Assembly: GCA_030704615.1 (NCBI GenBank) | Contig: CM060732.1 | Location: 10,106,001 to 10,170,000, forward strand | From: Takakia lepidozioides | Lineage: Eukaryota > Plantae > Bryophyta | Direction of reading: 5' to 3' | Length of the DNA stretch: 64,000 nucleotides | Shown: piece after piece, positions 38,779-49,596 of the stretch | How the letters are laid out: every line of letters starts with the position of its first letter | Numbering within the stretch: position 1 is the stretch's first letter | Made by a program: the position numbers and the translations under genes | Notes under the pieces: model-generated | What the model was told of the DNA's origin: nothing | Databases searched by the model: none | The model's input: only the letters and a program-made list of their open reading frames with translations

Positions 38779-41078
38779 GCTTCCACCCACTTCGTAGTAT
38801 AATCAGTGGCTGTAATTATGTACTTGTTCTGTGTATTCTTGGCCGGTGGGTTAATTGGTCCAACAAAGTCTAGTCCCCATTTCTGAAATGGTTCAGTAGG
38901 CATCGTAGGATGCAAAGCCATCTTCCCATATCTCTGCAAAGGTCCTAGCATCTGACATTCATCACAACTCTGACAATACTTGTGTACATCTTTGAACAAA
39001 GTAGGCCACCAGTAACCTGCAAGTAGTATCTTCCTATTGGTAGTCTCTTCTCCAAAATGTCCTCCAGCCACTCCTTTATGAACTTCCTCCAAAACTTTAT
39101 TTACTTCATGGTGGTACAAGCATCGTTTGAGTACTCCATCAGGTCCTAGCTTATACATTCTGCCTCTTACCATAGTATAAGGTAAAGCCTTGATAGCGAT
39201 TCTCTTCATCTGCTCCTTACCATAACTAGATGGGCACTGACCATGAGTAAGGTAGTATCTGATTGGCCACTGCCAATCTAACCATTCATCTGCACCTCCA
39301 TTAGAAATAAACTCGCATCAGGTAATTGATCGTCTACTCCTGTGGCGGCCTCTCCTGTTGTTAGTCGTGACAAGTGATCTGCCACAAGATACAAACGGCC
39401 AGGCTTGTAAACAACTTCGAACTCAAACTCGTGCAAGATTATTAACCACCTCGCTATCCTTCCACTTATCAAAGGTTTGTTCACCAGATATATCAGAGCC
39501 TGGTGATCCACATAAAACATAAACTTTCTTCCCAATAGGTAATGCCTGAATTTCTTGACTGCATAAATCATTGCCAGTGCTTCTCTTTCAGTTGTGCTAT
39601 AGTTCCTTTCAGCACTGTTCATCAACCTGCTACCTGTAACATTTTGGGCTAACACCGCTCCCAACGCTTCTCTTGAGGCATCACAGTGAACATGAAATAC
39701 TACATGCCAGTGAGGGTTAATCAGCACAGGTGTAGTTGTTACTGACAATGTAAGTTCCTCAAAAGCCTGTTGACATTCAGCTGTCCATGCAAACACTGCA
39801 TCTTTCTTCATAAGCTTGCTCAATGGTGCTGCTATCTGTGCATACCTTTTGACAAATCTTCTGTAATAACTGGTTTGTCCAAGGAATCTCCTTAGATTCT
39901 TTACATTTATTGGTGGTGGTGAGGCTTTAATGGCCTCTGTCTTCCTGGGATCCACAATAAGTCCCCTCTTACACACAATGTGTCCCAGAAGCACCATTGA
40001 GTTCAAACAGAAAGTACACTTCTCTGGATTCAGGCCCAGACCTCTCATTCTGCATCTGGCCAGACATAACTCCAATTTATGCAAGTGCTCATTCTTAGAG
40101 CCATACACACTGAAATCATCCAAAGAACACCTGCATGAAATCATCCAGATACTCATGAAAAGATTCACTTATCACTCTCTGAAAGGTTGCTGGTGCATTA
40201 CAAAGTCCAAAGGGCATGACTTTGTATGCATAAGCACCCCAGTCTGTGATGAAAGCCGTCTTTCCCTGGTCTTCTTCTGCCACTTGCACTTGATTATAAC
40301 CACTGAAGCCATCCATGAATGAGTACATCTCATGGCCTGCCACAGTGTCGAATACCGCTTCTGTGAATGGCAAAGAGAAAGGATCTTTCTTCGTGCAAGC
40401 ATTCAACTTCTTATAGTTCACACAAACTCTCAGTTTACCATTCTTCTTGGGAACTATCACAATGGGTGACAACCAAGTTGTATACTCTATCGGGTATATA
40501 AACTTAGCCTCAACCAACTTCTTGATCTCTTCTCCAACCTTTTGTGCATAGTTGGGATTCATTCTGTACCTTGCCTGTTTAATTGGTACTGACCCTTGTT
40601 CCAGTTCAATCTTATGTTGACAGATCTCAGGTGGTATCCCTTTTAGATCCTCGTAGCTCCAGGCAAATACATCTCTGTATTCGATGAACAAACTCTTAGC
40701 TTCCTCAAAGAATTCTGGTTCCAAATCAGCTCCTACCTTCACCATCCTCGGTTCCTCTTCAGTTCCCACATTCACTTCTCTCACCTGCTTATCAGCTGTG
40801 ATTGTCCAACCAGTCACCACTTCATCCTGTATACTCACAGTGGCTGGTTCCTCTAGGATTTCCATTTCTCCTTCTCTTTCTTCATAGAAATGTGGTGGGT
40901 AACTGCTGGTTTCCTCTTCAATTGGTGTTCCTGTCACTACACCACAACAAATATCTTTTAAACAACTTAGGCCTTCCAGCTGCATCTCTGCAACCTGTTC
41001 CCACTCTGGGTGTGCAGCGAACAGAGTAGCTTCCTGTTCCTCATCCAGTCCTCCCCTCCAGTCATACTCCCTGACCCC
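38779..41078 (-). pseudogene. pol: G1 pol (RT, RNase H, integrase N-terminus), frameshifted
   Basis: [78 protein letters not shown]. Confidence 0.95.
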
Positions 41079-44003
41079 TCAAGGTCTTCTCGTAGCAGGT
41101 AATCTACTAGATTTCTTAGTGGTAATTTGTATCTTGTGCATCCCATTATGCACAGTTAGTAACTGGGAATTCCAGTCATGGAATACCCTGGCCTGTTTCA
41201 GCCACGGACGTCCCAACAATAAGGAGTAAGCCTCCATGACTTCATCCATTTTCAACAAAGTTACTGTGATTATAAAGATCATCTTTTGAATCTGTATCTT
41301 AACTCCTCTTATCAATCCCAATGGCTGTACACTTCTTTGATCTGCCATTGTTACTGTAAATGGGGCTGGTTTCATGTTACTTAGACCAAGCTTTTGCCTT
41401 AATTGGTCTGTCATGATATTCATTCCAGAGCCTCTATCTATCAGTACATCAGTTAGTTCTGTGCTTCCAATTCTCAATTGGATTACTGGCATAGAATCAT
41501 CAAAGTCCATGACTGTTTCTCGCCCTTCCGGCTTCACATTATAACTGGTCATCTTGCTGTTTAGGTTTGTGTTTCCTGTCTCCTGGGCAATTCGATTGAT
41601 TGCTTGATACAGCCTGTGTCTACAATAAGGTGCCACAGCCAATAGCTGTCCAATGGTAATCTCCGCTTTGGTCTGGCATATTACTTCAGCCAAAGTCCCT
41701 TGATTACTCTCCATGTCTGCAGCTTCTTTCTTCCTTTCCTCTTCACTCACTTCTTCTTCTCCATCAATATCTGAGGAATCTGCCATAGGAATATCAGTAC
41801 TCTTCTGCATTTCCCTTATGGTATCTGCCACTTCCTTGTGCAGTTCTTTCTCATCTCTCCAAGCCTCATCATCTTCAGGCACATCACTGCCATCGTCATT
41901 ATCATCATCTTCCTCAACTACTGGAGGTATTAGTTTGGCTTTGCTTCTTGTTACTATCATTGTACTTACTTCTGGTACAACACATGGCCTAACCATGTGA
42001 GCTGCCACCACTGGGCCCTCATTCACAGGAGCTCTCATCTCATTCTGGTGTCTAATCCAGAATGAACAGGCTGCCTTGCGATGTCTTGGCTGATTACAAT
42101 AGTAACACAGTTCTTCACCATTGGGTCCTTGCCCTTGGTCTGCTCTTGGATTATTTCTGTAATCCTGATTCCCTGGCTGGTAATTCCCCCTTGGATTACC
42201 CTGATAGTTGCCTCTGGAATTTCCTTGGTAATTCCCTCTTGAATTACCTCTCCCTTCCATGCCATTGTTATAACCACCAGGCCTACCATAGTGGTCCTGA
42301 TCACTGTTTCTTCTTGGCTGGGGCTGCACTTGATGCACCCTTACTTGCCTAGGTTCTCTTGCAGCTGTCCTTCTGTTGTAGTAACAATTCTCAGTAGAAT
42401 GGTTATCCATCTTACAAATGGTACAATGTTTCTCCTTCATGTGGCATTCAGTGGTGGTATGGCCTTCATTCTGGCACTTTGCACACCAAACACCCTTCCT
42501 CCAATGTGTTGCAGCCTCTGTGCCATACTTCTTCAAGATTTCTTCTAATCTTTTCTCATAGTTATCCCTCTTCAACTTCTCTTTTCTCTTACTTTTCCTT
42601 TTCAGTTCTTGCTCTTCTTCTTCATCTGACTCATCCTCAGAGTCCTCATCATCCCTTTTCTCTCTCCTGAGCATTCCCAATTGCTCAATTCTGTTTGCTG
42701 TTTCAAATGCCTCCTCCACTATATTATGGGGTAACATATCCACTTTCTTTTGCAACTTTGGTCTTAGTCCACTCACAAACCACGTCTTCTGTAAACCTGG
42801 TGCTGGTACAGCAGCCAGTTTTTTCATCATCAATTCCATTTTTTCCATATACTCCTCAACAGTTTCATGCTTCTTTTGCTTTAACTGTTGTAAACTTCCA
42901 TACACTTCATCCTCAGTTTTACTTGTCCTGAACCTATTTCGGAATGTTGTATTCAAGCCATTCCAGGTTAGGAAATGATTATCAGGGAATCTTGCATACC
43001 ATTCACTTGCTTTCTTGATAAGGGAACAAGGAAACAGTTTCATCTTGGCATCATCGCCATTCTCATTGTTCACTATACACATGTGCTCAAATTGGCTAAT
43101 GTGTACATCGGGATCCCCTTTTCCTGAATATATTGGAAAATGTGGTTTTGCCCGTGATGGTTGTAACGCCATCTGTGGCCCTACCTTCTGCCCACTGACA
43201 GGTGTTGGCACCCTTGCTGGTGCTGGTCCTTGAGGACCTGTTGTAATTGTGGTGGATCTCCCACCAAGTGGTGGCCCCTGAGCACTCCCTGCTACTGGCC
43301 CCACGATATTCACAGTATTCCCAGCTCCAGTTGCACTACTTCCCACACTCCCTGTCCCCCCAGAGCCAAATCCAGGCTGCCCGCCTGATCCCCCTGAGCC
43401 GACACCTTCGTTGGCCTGTGATCCAAGTGCTCCACTTGATCTAGGTCCAACGGGTTGGGTTGTCCTAGTTGTAGTCTCAACCTCAGCTGTTGGGTCTACT
43501 TCTTCATACTCTTCCTCTTCCAATTTCTTCTCTCTATTTTCATCCTCCAAGTTTTGCCCTTGGGTTTCTTCTTCACTCATGTAACTCAACTGTAATGGTG
43601 TTGGAGAGTCTGAACTCTCCGTTGGCTTTGCCACATCCTCTCCTCCTTCTTCACCTTCCGTTTCAGAAACTGGAGTTCCTGCTTTTGGTGTTCCATGCCA
43701 ACTCTTATCAAAGATTTCTGTCAAATCTTTTATCCAGGGATGTACCTCAGGTCTTTCACCTTGTGATTGATCTTCTTCCCGTACCAATTCCCTTAATCTT
43801 TCTTGCAAAGAAAAAGAAGGAGTGGCATCCAACTCTAGTTCTTCCGGTATGGGTGATGTACTCTCTGATCTTAATGGTGTGAGAGGTCCAGATGATTCCC
43901 CTATGTCTATTCCTCTCTCCCAAAGATATGGATAATTAGCTTTCAAATAACTTTCTCTTTTTGCTGAATATCTCTGGAGTCTAGCTTCTCTTTCATCACT
44001 CAT
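41079..44003 (-). CDS. gag: G1 Gag + aspartic protease (974 aa), ended by a premature TGA (G2 reads through as CGA)
   Basis: Retrotransposon gag core, CCHC knuckles (CAKCQNEGHTTTEC, CTICKMDNHSTENC, CYYCNQPRHRKAAC), protease LID(R/G)GSG. Confidence 0.92.
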   Translation of the reverse strand: MSDEREARLQRYSAKRESYLKANYPYLWERGIDIGESSGPLTPLRSESTSPIPEELELDATPSFSLQERLRELVREEDQSQGERPEVHPWIKDLTEIFDKSWHGTPKAGTPVSETEGEEGGEDVAKPTESSDSPTPLQLSYMSEEETQGQNLEDENREKKLEEEEYEEVDPTAEVETTTRTTQPVGPRSSGALGSQANEGVGSGGSGGQPGFGSGGTGSVGSSATGAGNTVNIVGPVAGSAQGPPLGGRSTTITTGPQGPAPARVPTPVSGQKVGPQMALQPSRAKPHFPIYSGKGDPDVHISQFEHMCIVNNENGDDAKMKLFPCSLIKKASEWYARFPDNHFLTWNGLNTTFRNRFRTSKTEDEVYGSLQQLKQKKHETVEEYMEKMELMMKKLAAVPAPGLQKTWFVSGLRPKLQKKVDMLPHNIVEEAFETANRIEQLGMLRREKRDDEDSEDESDEEEEQELKRKSKRKEKLKRDNYEKRLEEILKKYGTEAATHWRKGVWCAKCQNEGHTTTECHMKEKHCTICKMDNHSTENCYYNRRTAAREPRQVRVHQVQPQPRRNSDQDHYGRPGGYNNGMEGRGNSRGNYQGNSRGNYQGNPRGNYQPGNQDYRNNPRADQGQGPNGEELCYYCNQPRHRKAACSFWIRHQNEMRAPVNEGPVVAAHMVRPCVVPEVSTMIVTRSKAKLIPPVVEEDDDNDDGSDVPEDDEAWRDEKELHKEVADTIREMQKSTDIPMADSSDIDGEEEVSEEERKKEAADMESNQGTLAEVICQTKAEITIGQLLAVAPYCRHRLYQAINRIAQETGNTNLNSKMTSYNVKPEGRETVMDFDDSMPVIQLRIGSTELTDVLIDRGSGMNIMTDQLRQKLGLSNMKPAPFTVTMADQRSVQPLGLIRGVKIQIQKMIFIITVTLLKMDEVMEAYSLLLGRPWLKQARVFHDWNSQLLTVHNGMHKIQITTKKSSRLPATRRP

Positions 44004-44023
44004 GTTCCATGTCTTTCATTTCT

Positions 44024-44719
44024 TTAATGTGGCAGTAACCAAAACTCTCTTCTGTAGTATCTCTTGTATATGCCTGGGTTTCTTTCAAGCTTCAATGCAC
44101 CCTTGGCTATATTAGAAGTCTCCGTTATCATATAACCATATGGCAAACAAGTCTGGAAAGCTGTTCTTGGTGTGAGTTTGATCCACAAAATATCCTTTGG
44201 AATCCAATTCTTTACCAATACAAGCTCTTCATGCATATGAGTATAAACATTCACCTTCCTTTCCTCCCAGCCTTCAAACTCTACTCGCTTAATGGATAGC
44301 AATGCTATCACATAAACCAGTGTCGGTAACCAACGTGCTCTTCCTCTACAGGCCACCTGATAAATCTTTATCACTCCTTTCTCCAGAACCCACTCAGGGT
44401 CAGCATCATGCACTATTTTAAGATTGTTTTCTTTACAACCGTCTGGCAATTCCAAGAACCTCTGAAAGAATCGTTTGGACAATCTTTCCTTCTCAGTTTC
44501 ACAGGGAATTGGATTAACATCAAATTCTTTAATTCTCCAACCACCATGATCCCACCAAATGCCTGTCACATCTGGTTGTTCATGACCCAGTTCCCCAGTA
44601 TGGTCGCCAAATGTCGAACGGCTTTTACTCACCCATCCCTTCGCTATCCGAGGTGGAAACTCCAAGATAGAAGAGTTGGATATCTCTAAGCACTCAGCCC
44701 GCTCAGTACAATCAGTCAT
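44024..44719 (-). CDS. Extra ORF (231 aa) immediately upstream of gag, function unknown
   Basis: ATG-initiated, stop-free, non-repetitive ORF ending 20 bp before the gag ATG on the same strand. Confidence 0.55.
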   Translation of the reverse strand: MTDCTERAECLEISNSSILEFPPRIAKGWVSKSRSTFGDHTGELGHEQPDVTGIWWDHGGWRIKEFDVNPIPCETEKERLSKRFFQRFLELPDGCKENNLKIVHDADPEWVLEKGVIKIYQVACRGRARWLPTLVYVIALLSIKRVEFEGWEERKVNVYTHMHEELVLVKNWIPKDILWIKLTPRTAFQTCLPYGYMITETSNIAKGALKLERNPGIYKRYYRREFWLLPH

Positions 44720-44939
44720 GACCTGCAGCTAGTGAATCATGGTTGTGCTTCCCCTTTGTATTCCTTCTTGCCTTCATGTTATCAATTTACCTTATCTGAT
44801 ACTGTAGCATCAGTTTGCTTCAGTATCTTCTTAGTTCCAGTTAATCATGCATTCATTTCACAGCTTCAGTCATGTCTCTCTACACAGTGTGCTTGTATCG
44901 AATAAGTATCAGATTACGATTTATCAGGTACTAGGCCAA

Positions 44940-45182
44940 TGTCAAGTGACTCTAATCCGTCCTACAGTATCACTACAGTTCTGCATGAAACAAACATCTA
45001 CTGTCCAACTCTCCTCTTTCTCCGTGCTTTCGTTCTTGTTCTCCGCCCGATCTCCTCTCCTCCATGACCAAGAAGTGCTCCCAGAAGTCTGTCCCCCCCA
45101 GAAGTCTCTGCTCTCCGCTTTATCTACCTACAAGCTGTTCTAACCGCCTTGCTAACAATTAACTGTCATCCCTAATGTAACA
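44940..45182 (-). repeat. Candidate single LTR between tandem gypsy copies G2 and G1
   Basis: On the minus strand reads TGTTAC...TTGACA followed by TTGGCC (PBS-like), preceded by a weak purine tract; no second copy in the window to confirm. Confidence 0.3.
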
Positions 45183-45229
45183 CGTTCTTTCTGCAGATGT
45201 CGTTCCTTCACAGTCCCATGATAACTGTT

Positions 45230-45430
45230 CCCTATGTACTGTGACAAGCTGTGTCAAACTATGCCGAGCTGTGACTGGCTGTGTCAGCTGTGTCGGGCTG
45301 TGCAAAGCTGTGGCGGGCTGTGTCGGCTGTGTCGGCTGTGCGAAGCTGTGGTGGCTGTGACGGGATGTGTTGGCTGTGTCGGGCTGTGTCGGCTGTGACT
45401 GGCTGTGACGGGCTGTGTTGGCTGTGTAAC
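45230..45430. repeat. (GGCTGTGTC)-type 9/10-bp minisatellite in the gypsy 3' non-coding region
   Basis: Directly visible; related repeats at 45800-45853 and 48146-48425. Confidence 0.85.
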
Positions 45431-45853
45431 CCTCGTCCCTAAAGCCTGCTGTTGTCACCCTTAGCTCCTGTTTGTTTCAGTCTGTGTAAAAATTAAGGGT
45501 ACCCCACAGAACCCTTAAAAGCATCTAAGTCCCAAGCAGCCCTCTAACATACCCGTTCCCTATATGCATTAATGGGCCCACAATTCGTTTGGACTGATGT
45601 GTCGGGTAGGTACTTTGACGGCCGAATTTGTCTTCTATCTTGATGACACCCGTGGTTGCCATTCATGCCCGGCTGTGTGTCTCGCCCTGGCGTCCACGTG
45701 TCCAATTCTAAACTTGCCTCCGTCCACTTTTCCGCCGGCCACTCTCCGGATGTTAACCCACGTCCACCTGTCACTGATCCTATGGACTGTGTAACCACGG
45801 TAGGCTGTGTTGAGCTGTGACAGGCTGTGTCATACTGTGGTACACTGTGATAG

Positions 45854-47295
45854 TGTAGTGTGAATGCAGGGGAGTGACATTACATCTTTGTTTTACCGTT
45901 AAGACCTACATCACATAATAGGAGTGCCCGTTATCCCAACTGCAGGAGGGATGTATCCCTGCATGCAGGTAATTTCATGGGCACCCTGAGCTTATGCTTT
46001 GCCAGGAGAAAAAATGGCTAAGTCATGACAGTGCGTATTTTCATCCATGCGATGAACGTTTTCATCACTGGTGCTTAACCTAAAATCACGGGTTGAGAAA
46101 AACAAAGAGGAAGATGACGGGTGACTCGTAGCAGCTGCTGCGAGCAGTGGTGTTGGCAGGGCAGCCTGTTGTTGGGAGGTTGTACCTATACTGTGGGATT
46201 TTGCTTGGTTTAGGAAGCAACATTAAGTGCCTCTGCTTGGTATTCTGTGTAAAGGGAAGCAGTGCTGCCTCTCTCGGAGTGATGATCAATTCCAGGAGAT
46301 AGGAGCATGTAAGGAGAGCGGCGCACCACCGCTGCCACCATTGCCTTGAAGATGACAGTTATGGGCAGATGAGCAAGCAAGGAAAACGGCCAGCTGCTGG
46401 AAGCACAAGGAAGAGAGTCTGGGCACAATCAATGGGGGGGATAAAACATGTGGAGTGCTGGCTGTATGGCATCTCAGGTTCTCTGTCATCAAGCTTCTAG
46501 CTGCTTTTGTGTCTTCTTGTTATAGGACCAGGTCGATTCGTAAGTAGGAATTGCATAGAGCAATTTAGTAGGCAAGCCACAGGATGTTCCAAGGGATGAA
46601 GAGGAGCCATCATGGCATGATAAAGACTGGAATCAAGACAAGGAGAAAAGGTTGAAGTGGCTGCTGACAGGCGATGGCGAGGTGCCACCTTGACAGGCAG
46701 ACCCACCGCTTCACTAGAGGATAAAAACAGATAAGTCTGTGGACTGTTGGCCTTTTTTGGTTGAAACTTAGAAATTGCTTTTGGTAGATTTAGGACTGCA
46801 TCTTGGTAGAAGAGAAAAGGTGGAGACATGTGATAGAGGAAAAGGTTTTTGGAAATGGAATGGAGACTCTGGACTTCAAACCAGAACATGGAAATGATGG
46901 ATGCACCTGATGTTGTGGTGTCAGTAAGAGAAATGAGTGAAGAGAGAGAGAGAGAGACTGTTTGTCACTGAAATCAGAATGGTCACTGTTGTCTTCATTC
47001 TTGAATCTTGTTTCAGTGTTATAAACCTGCACACAATGCTGCCGTGGGTAGTGATGCACTGAAACCAATGTAAATCTAGCTTGTTTGCCTGGAGAGATCA
47101 AATGAGGGTTAGCTGGAACTGTTGAAAACATAGAAAGGATAAGGTGATCTAAGTATGGTGTCAAGATATGAACAATTGCGTGACACAGTTGAAGGGAAAA
47201 GAGGGATGTTGGGGTATTTGGTTGAAACCTGAAGAAGGGATGAGAGCTGTTTGGGCAATGGGTTCTTTGGAAAAAGGTAGTGTGAAGGGCTGAAC

Positions 47296-47356
<61 letters not shown>

Positions 47357-48145
47357 GAGAAGAAAGGGACAAGAAGGAGAGAGGAAGAGAGAGACTGATG
47401 AAGAGGATGGTTGTGTCTTGAGAGACCGAGGATGACTTCAAGGCTGGCTGCACTGGATGCTTGGCAGAGTGTGCATTTGCATTACATGATAGATGTGTTG
47501 CTGTGAAGAAGTGAGGAGCCTGTAGACATAGACAGAGATAGAGAAATAGACGAAAAAGGGAAGAGAGAGAGAGAGAGAGAGAAAAAAGGGGATTTGGGAA
47601 ATGAGTGAGCTGTTCAGCAAAAGGGCGATGGGGGGGATGGCCAATTTGGGGAGATGAGATGAAGAAAACCTGAACCCTGAATGAAATCAGTGCCTCTGCA
47701 GTTCAAGAAGACCTGAGCTGCCTTCTCCTAAATCTGTGTCACCATTACAAAAGGGGATTTCCGACGTGTCACTGCTCAAGGGGGCTTCACACAAAGGGTC
47801 CTGTTTACCGTTGCCATTGGGCTGCTTGCATCACAGAAAAGATCACGCCAACACTGTTGGTGCCGTGATCATAGGGCCAGACTGTTGTATAGAAGTAGAA
47901 CCGAGAGCAAGAACAATTCAAAAACTCCCCATCCATGTCTTCTCTTCCGCTGCGGCGTGGATGAGGATTCCGTAAACTCTGATCACGAACGAACCTGAAG
48001 GAAAACCCATATAGCCGTGTGACGATGGTTGGACAGAGTAAGAACGCTCCTTTCCTTTGCTAGGCACAATCAACTGGGGGGAGGGGAGGACCACAGCTTT
48101 AGGATTAACCAGAAGGGGATTCACGCCCCTTCTTTTCACACTACA
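45854..48145. mobile_element. 2.29-kb non-coding insertion with TGTAGTGTGAA...TTCACACTACA termini and 4-bp TSD (ATAG): solo LTR or non-autonomous Ginger-like element
   Basis: 11-bp perfect, ~24-bp imperfect inverted ends; ATAG at 45850-45853 and 48146-48149; removal restores the CTGTGATAGGCTGTG repeat. Confidence 0.8.
47299..47352. repeat. (GA)n microsatellite
   Basis: Directly visible. Confidence 0.95.
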
Positions 48146-48764
48146 ATAGGCTGTGTGGCACTGTGGTAAGCTGTGATAGGCTGTGACATGCTGTGGTAAG
48201 CTGTGATAGGTTGTGTCACACTGTGATGGGCTGTGATAGGCTGTGTGACACTGTGATGGGCTGTGATAGGCTGGGTCATGCTGTGGTAGGCTGTGAGGTT
48301 GTGTCACACTGTGATGGGCTGTGATAGGCTGTGTGACACTGTGATAAGCTGTGATAGGCTGTGACATGCTGTGGTAGTCTGTGATAGGCTGTGTGGCACC
48401 GTGATGGGCTGTGATAGGCTGTGTCAAACTTGTACTGCCCGCCATGATCATATACGCTTGGCTTAGCGACAAGTGCTCTATACTCCGTTGGTATCACTGG
48501 CGCAGCCCTTGACTACTTTTGCGTTTGGACATCCAAATCGTGCTTCAATGGTTTGTCATGGATACCACTGTACCCCTTCAACTTATTGGCATGACTCTTC
48601 CCAGCATCTCTTTGTTAATGGTTTGTAACATGGTTGTGTTGTTATCATACATCTTTTGTGTGACATAAGGTCATTTCCATGGTGATTTAAGCTTAGAAGC
48701 TTTAATCTTCCTCTTCTTCTGCAACCAGAGAACCAAATCTCCCGTCTTAAAAGTCTTTAATTTG
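48146..48764 (-). mobile_element. 3' part of gypsy G2 (integrase C-terminus with GPY/F-like motif, and 3' minisatellite)
   Basis: Joined across E2 the frame reads EQFDEGKLK-TFKTGDLVLW...KLKSPWK*PYV. Confidence 0.88.
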
Positions 48765-49004
48765 GAGGTTTGCTATTTCATGAGCATGAGCGGCATGAGC
48801 GGCATGAGCAGAGTAGTAACACAATCGGTTTTCATGAGCAGAAGTACAAATTTCGAAAATAAAAAACAATAAAAAACAATAATTTAATGCAATGTGTCAG
48901 GAAAAACAAATATATTATTCGGCCCCTTGAAGGGAAAATTGCAGTTTTGACAGTTGTGCTCATGATATTTCGTCTTCCGCTCATGCCAATTCCCAGCGAC
49001 ATGT

Positions 49005-49445
49005 GCAAATATGGCGCCGAATTTTGCGGTAATAGGGTCCGTAACCTGAAAAAACGGCGACGTATTTCGCGGTAATAGGTCTCTCTGGCGAAAAATGGTG
49101 CCGAATTCCGCGGCTATAGGTCCCCTCATGACAGGTATTCGGCGCCATTTATCCAGTGCATGTTCGGACTTAGCCAGTTTTCGGCGCAAAATAGGGAAAT
49201 TCGGCGCCATTTTTCCAGACACTGTACCAGTGCATGTTGGGACTTAGCCAGTTTTCGGCCCAAAAAAGAGAAATTCGGCGCCATTTTTCCAGACACGGTA
49301 CTAGTGCATGTTGGGACTTAGCCAGTTTTCGGCCCCAAAAAGAGAAATTCGGCGCCATTTTCCCAGACACAGGTACCAGTGCATGTTGGGACTTAGCCAG
49401 TTTTCGGCCCCAAAAAGAGAAATTTGGCGCCATTTTTCCAGAAAT
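49005..49445. repeat. E2 subterminal GGCGCC-core repeats (~42-bp then 74-bp units)
   Basis: Cores at 49013, 49056, 49097, 49141, 49203, 49277, 49351, 49426. Confidence 0.9.
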
Positions 49446-49596
49446 GGCCCCACAACTGCTTCTGTTGGATCTCAATTTGAATGGAATATTGCCTCATTCC
49501 AGGAGTTTTGGGGTGCATTTCATTACACTGCAAAAAAAAGTATGATACAGCAAAATGCATTTGAAAATATCCATATGGAGGATTCCGTTTGCCCCA

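Larger units (their letters stand above)
38779..44940 (-). mobile_element. Ty3/gypsy LTR retrotransposon copy G1, truncated within integrase
   Basis: gag-PR-RT-RH-INT order; near-identical to G2. Confidence 0.95.

Noticed and set aside
41079-41081. Gag-pol stop-codon readthrough site
   Set aside because: G2 has CGA at this position, so it is a C>T nonsense mutation in G1.
47918-48497. Repetitive His/Thr-rich ORFs (also 45159-45458)
   Set aside because: Translations of the CTGTG minisatellite; one crosses an insertion boundary.
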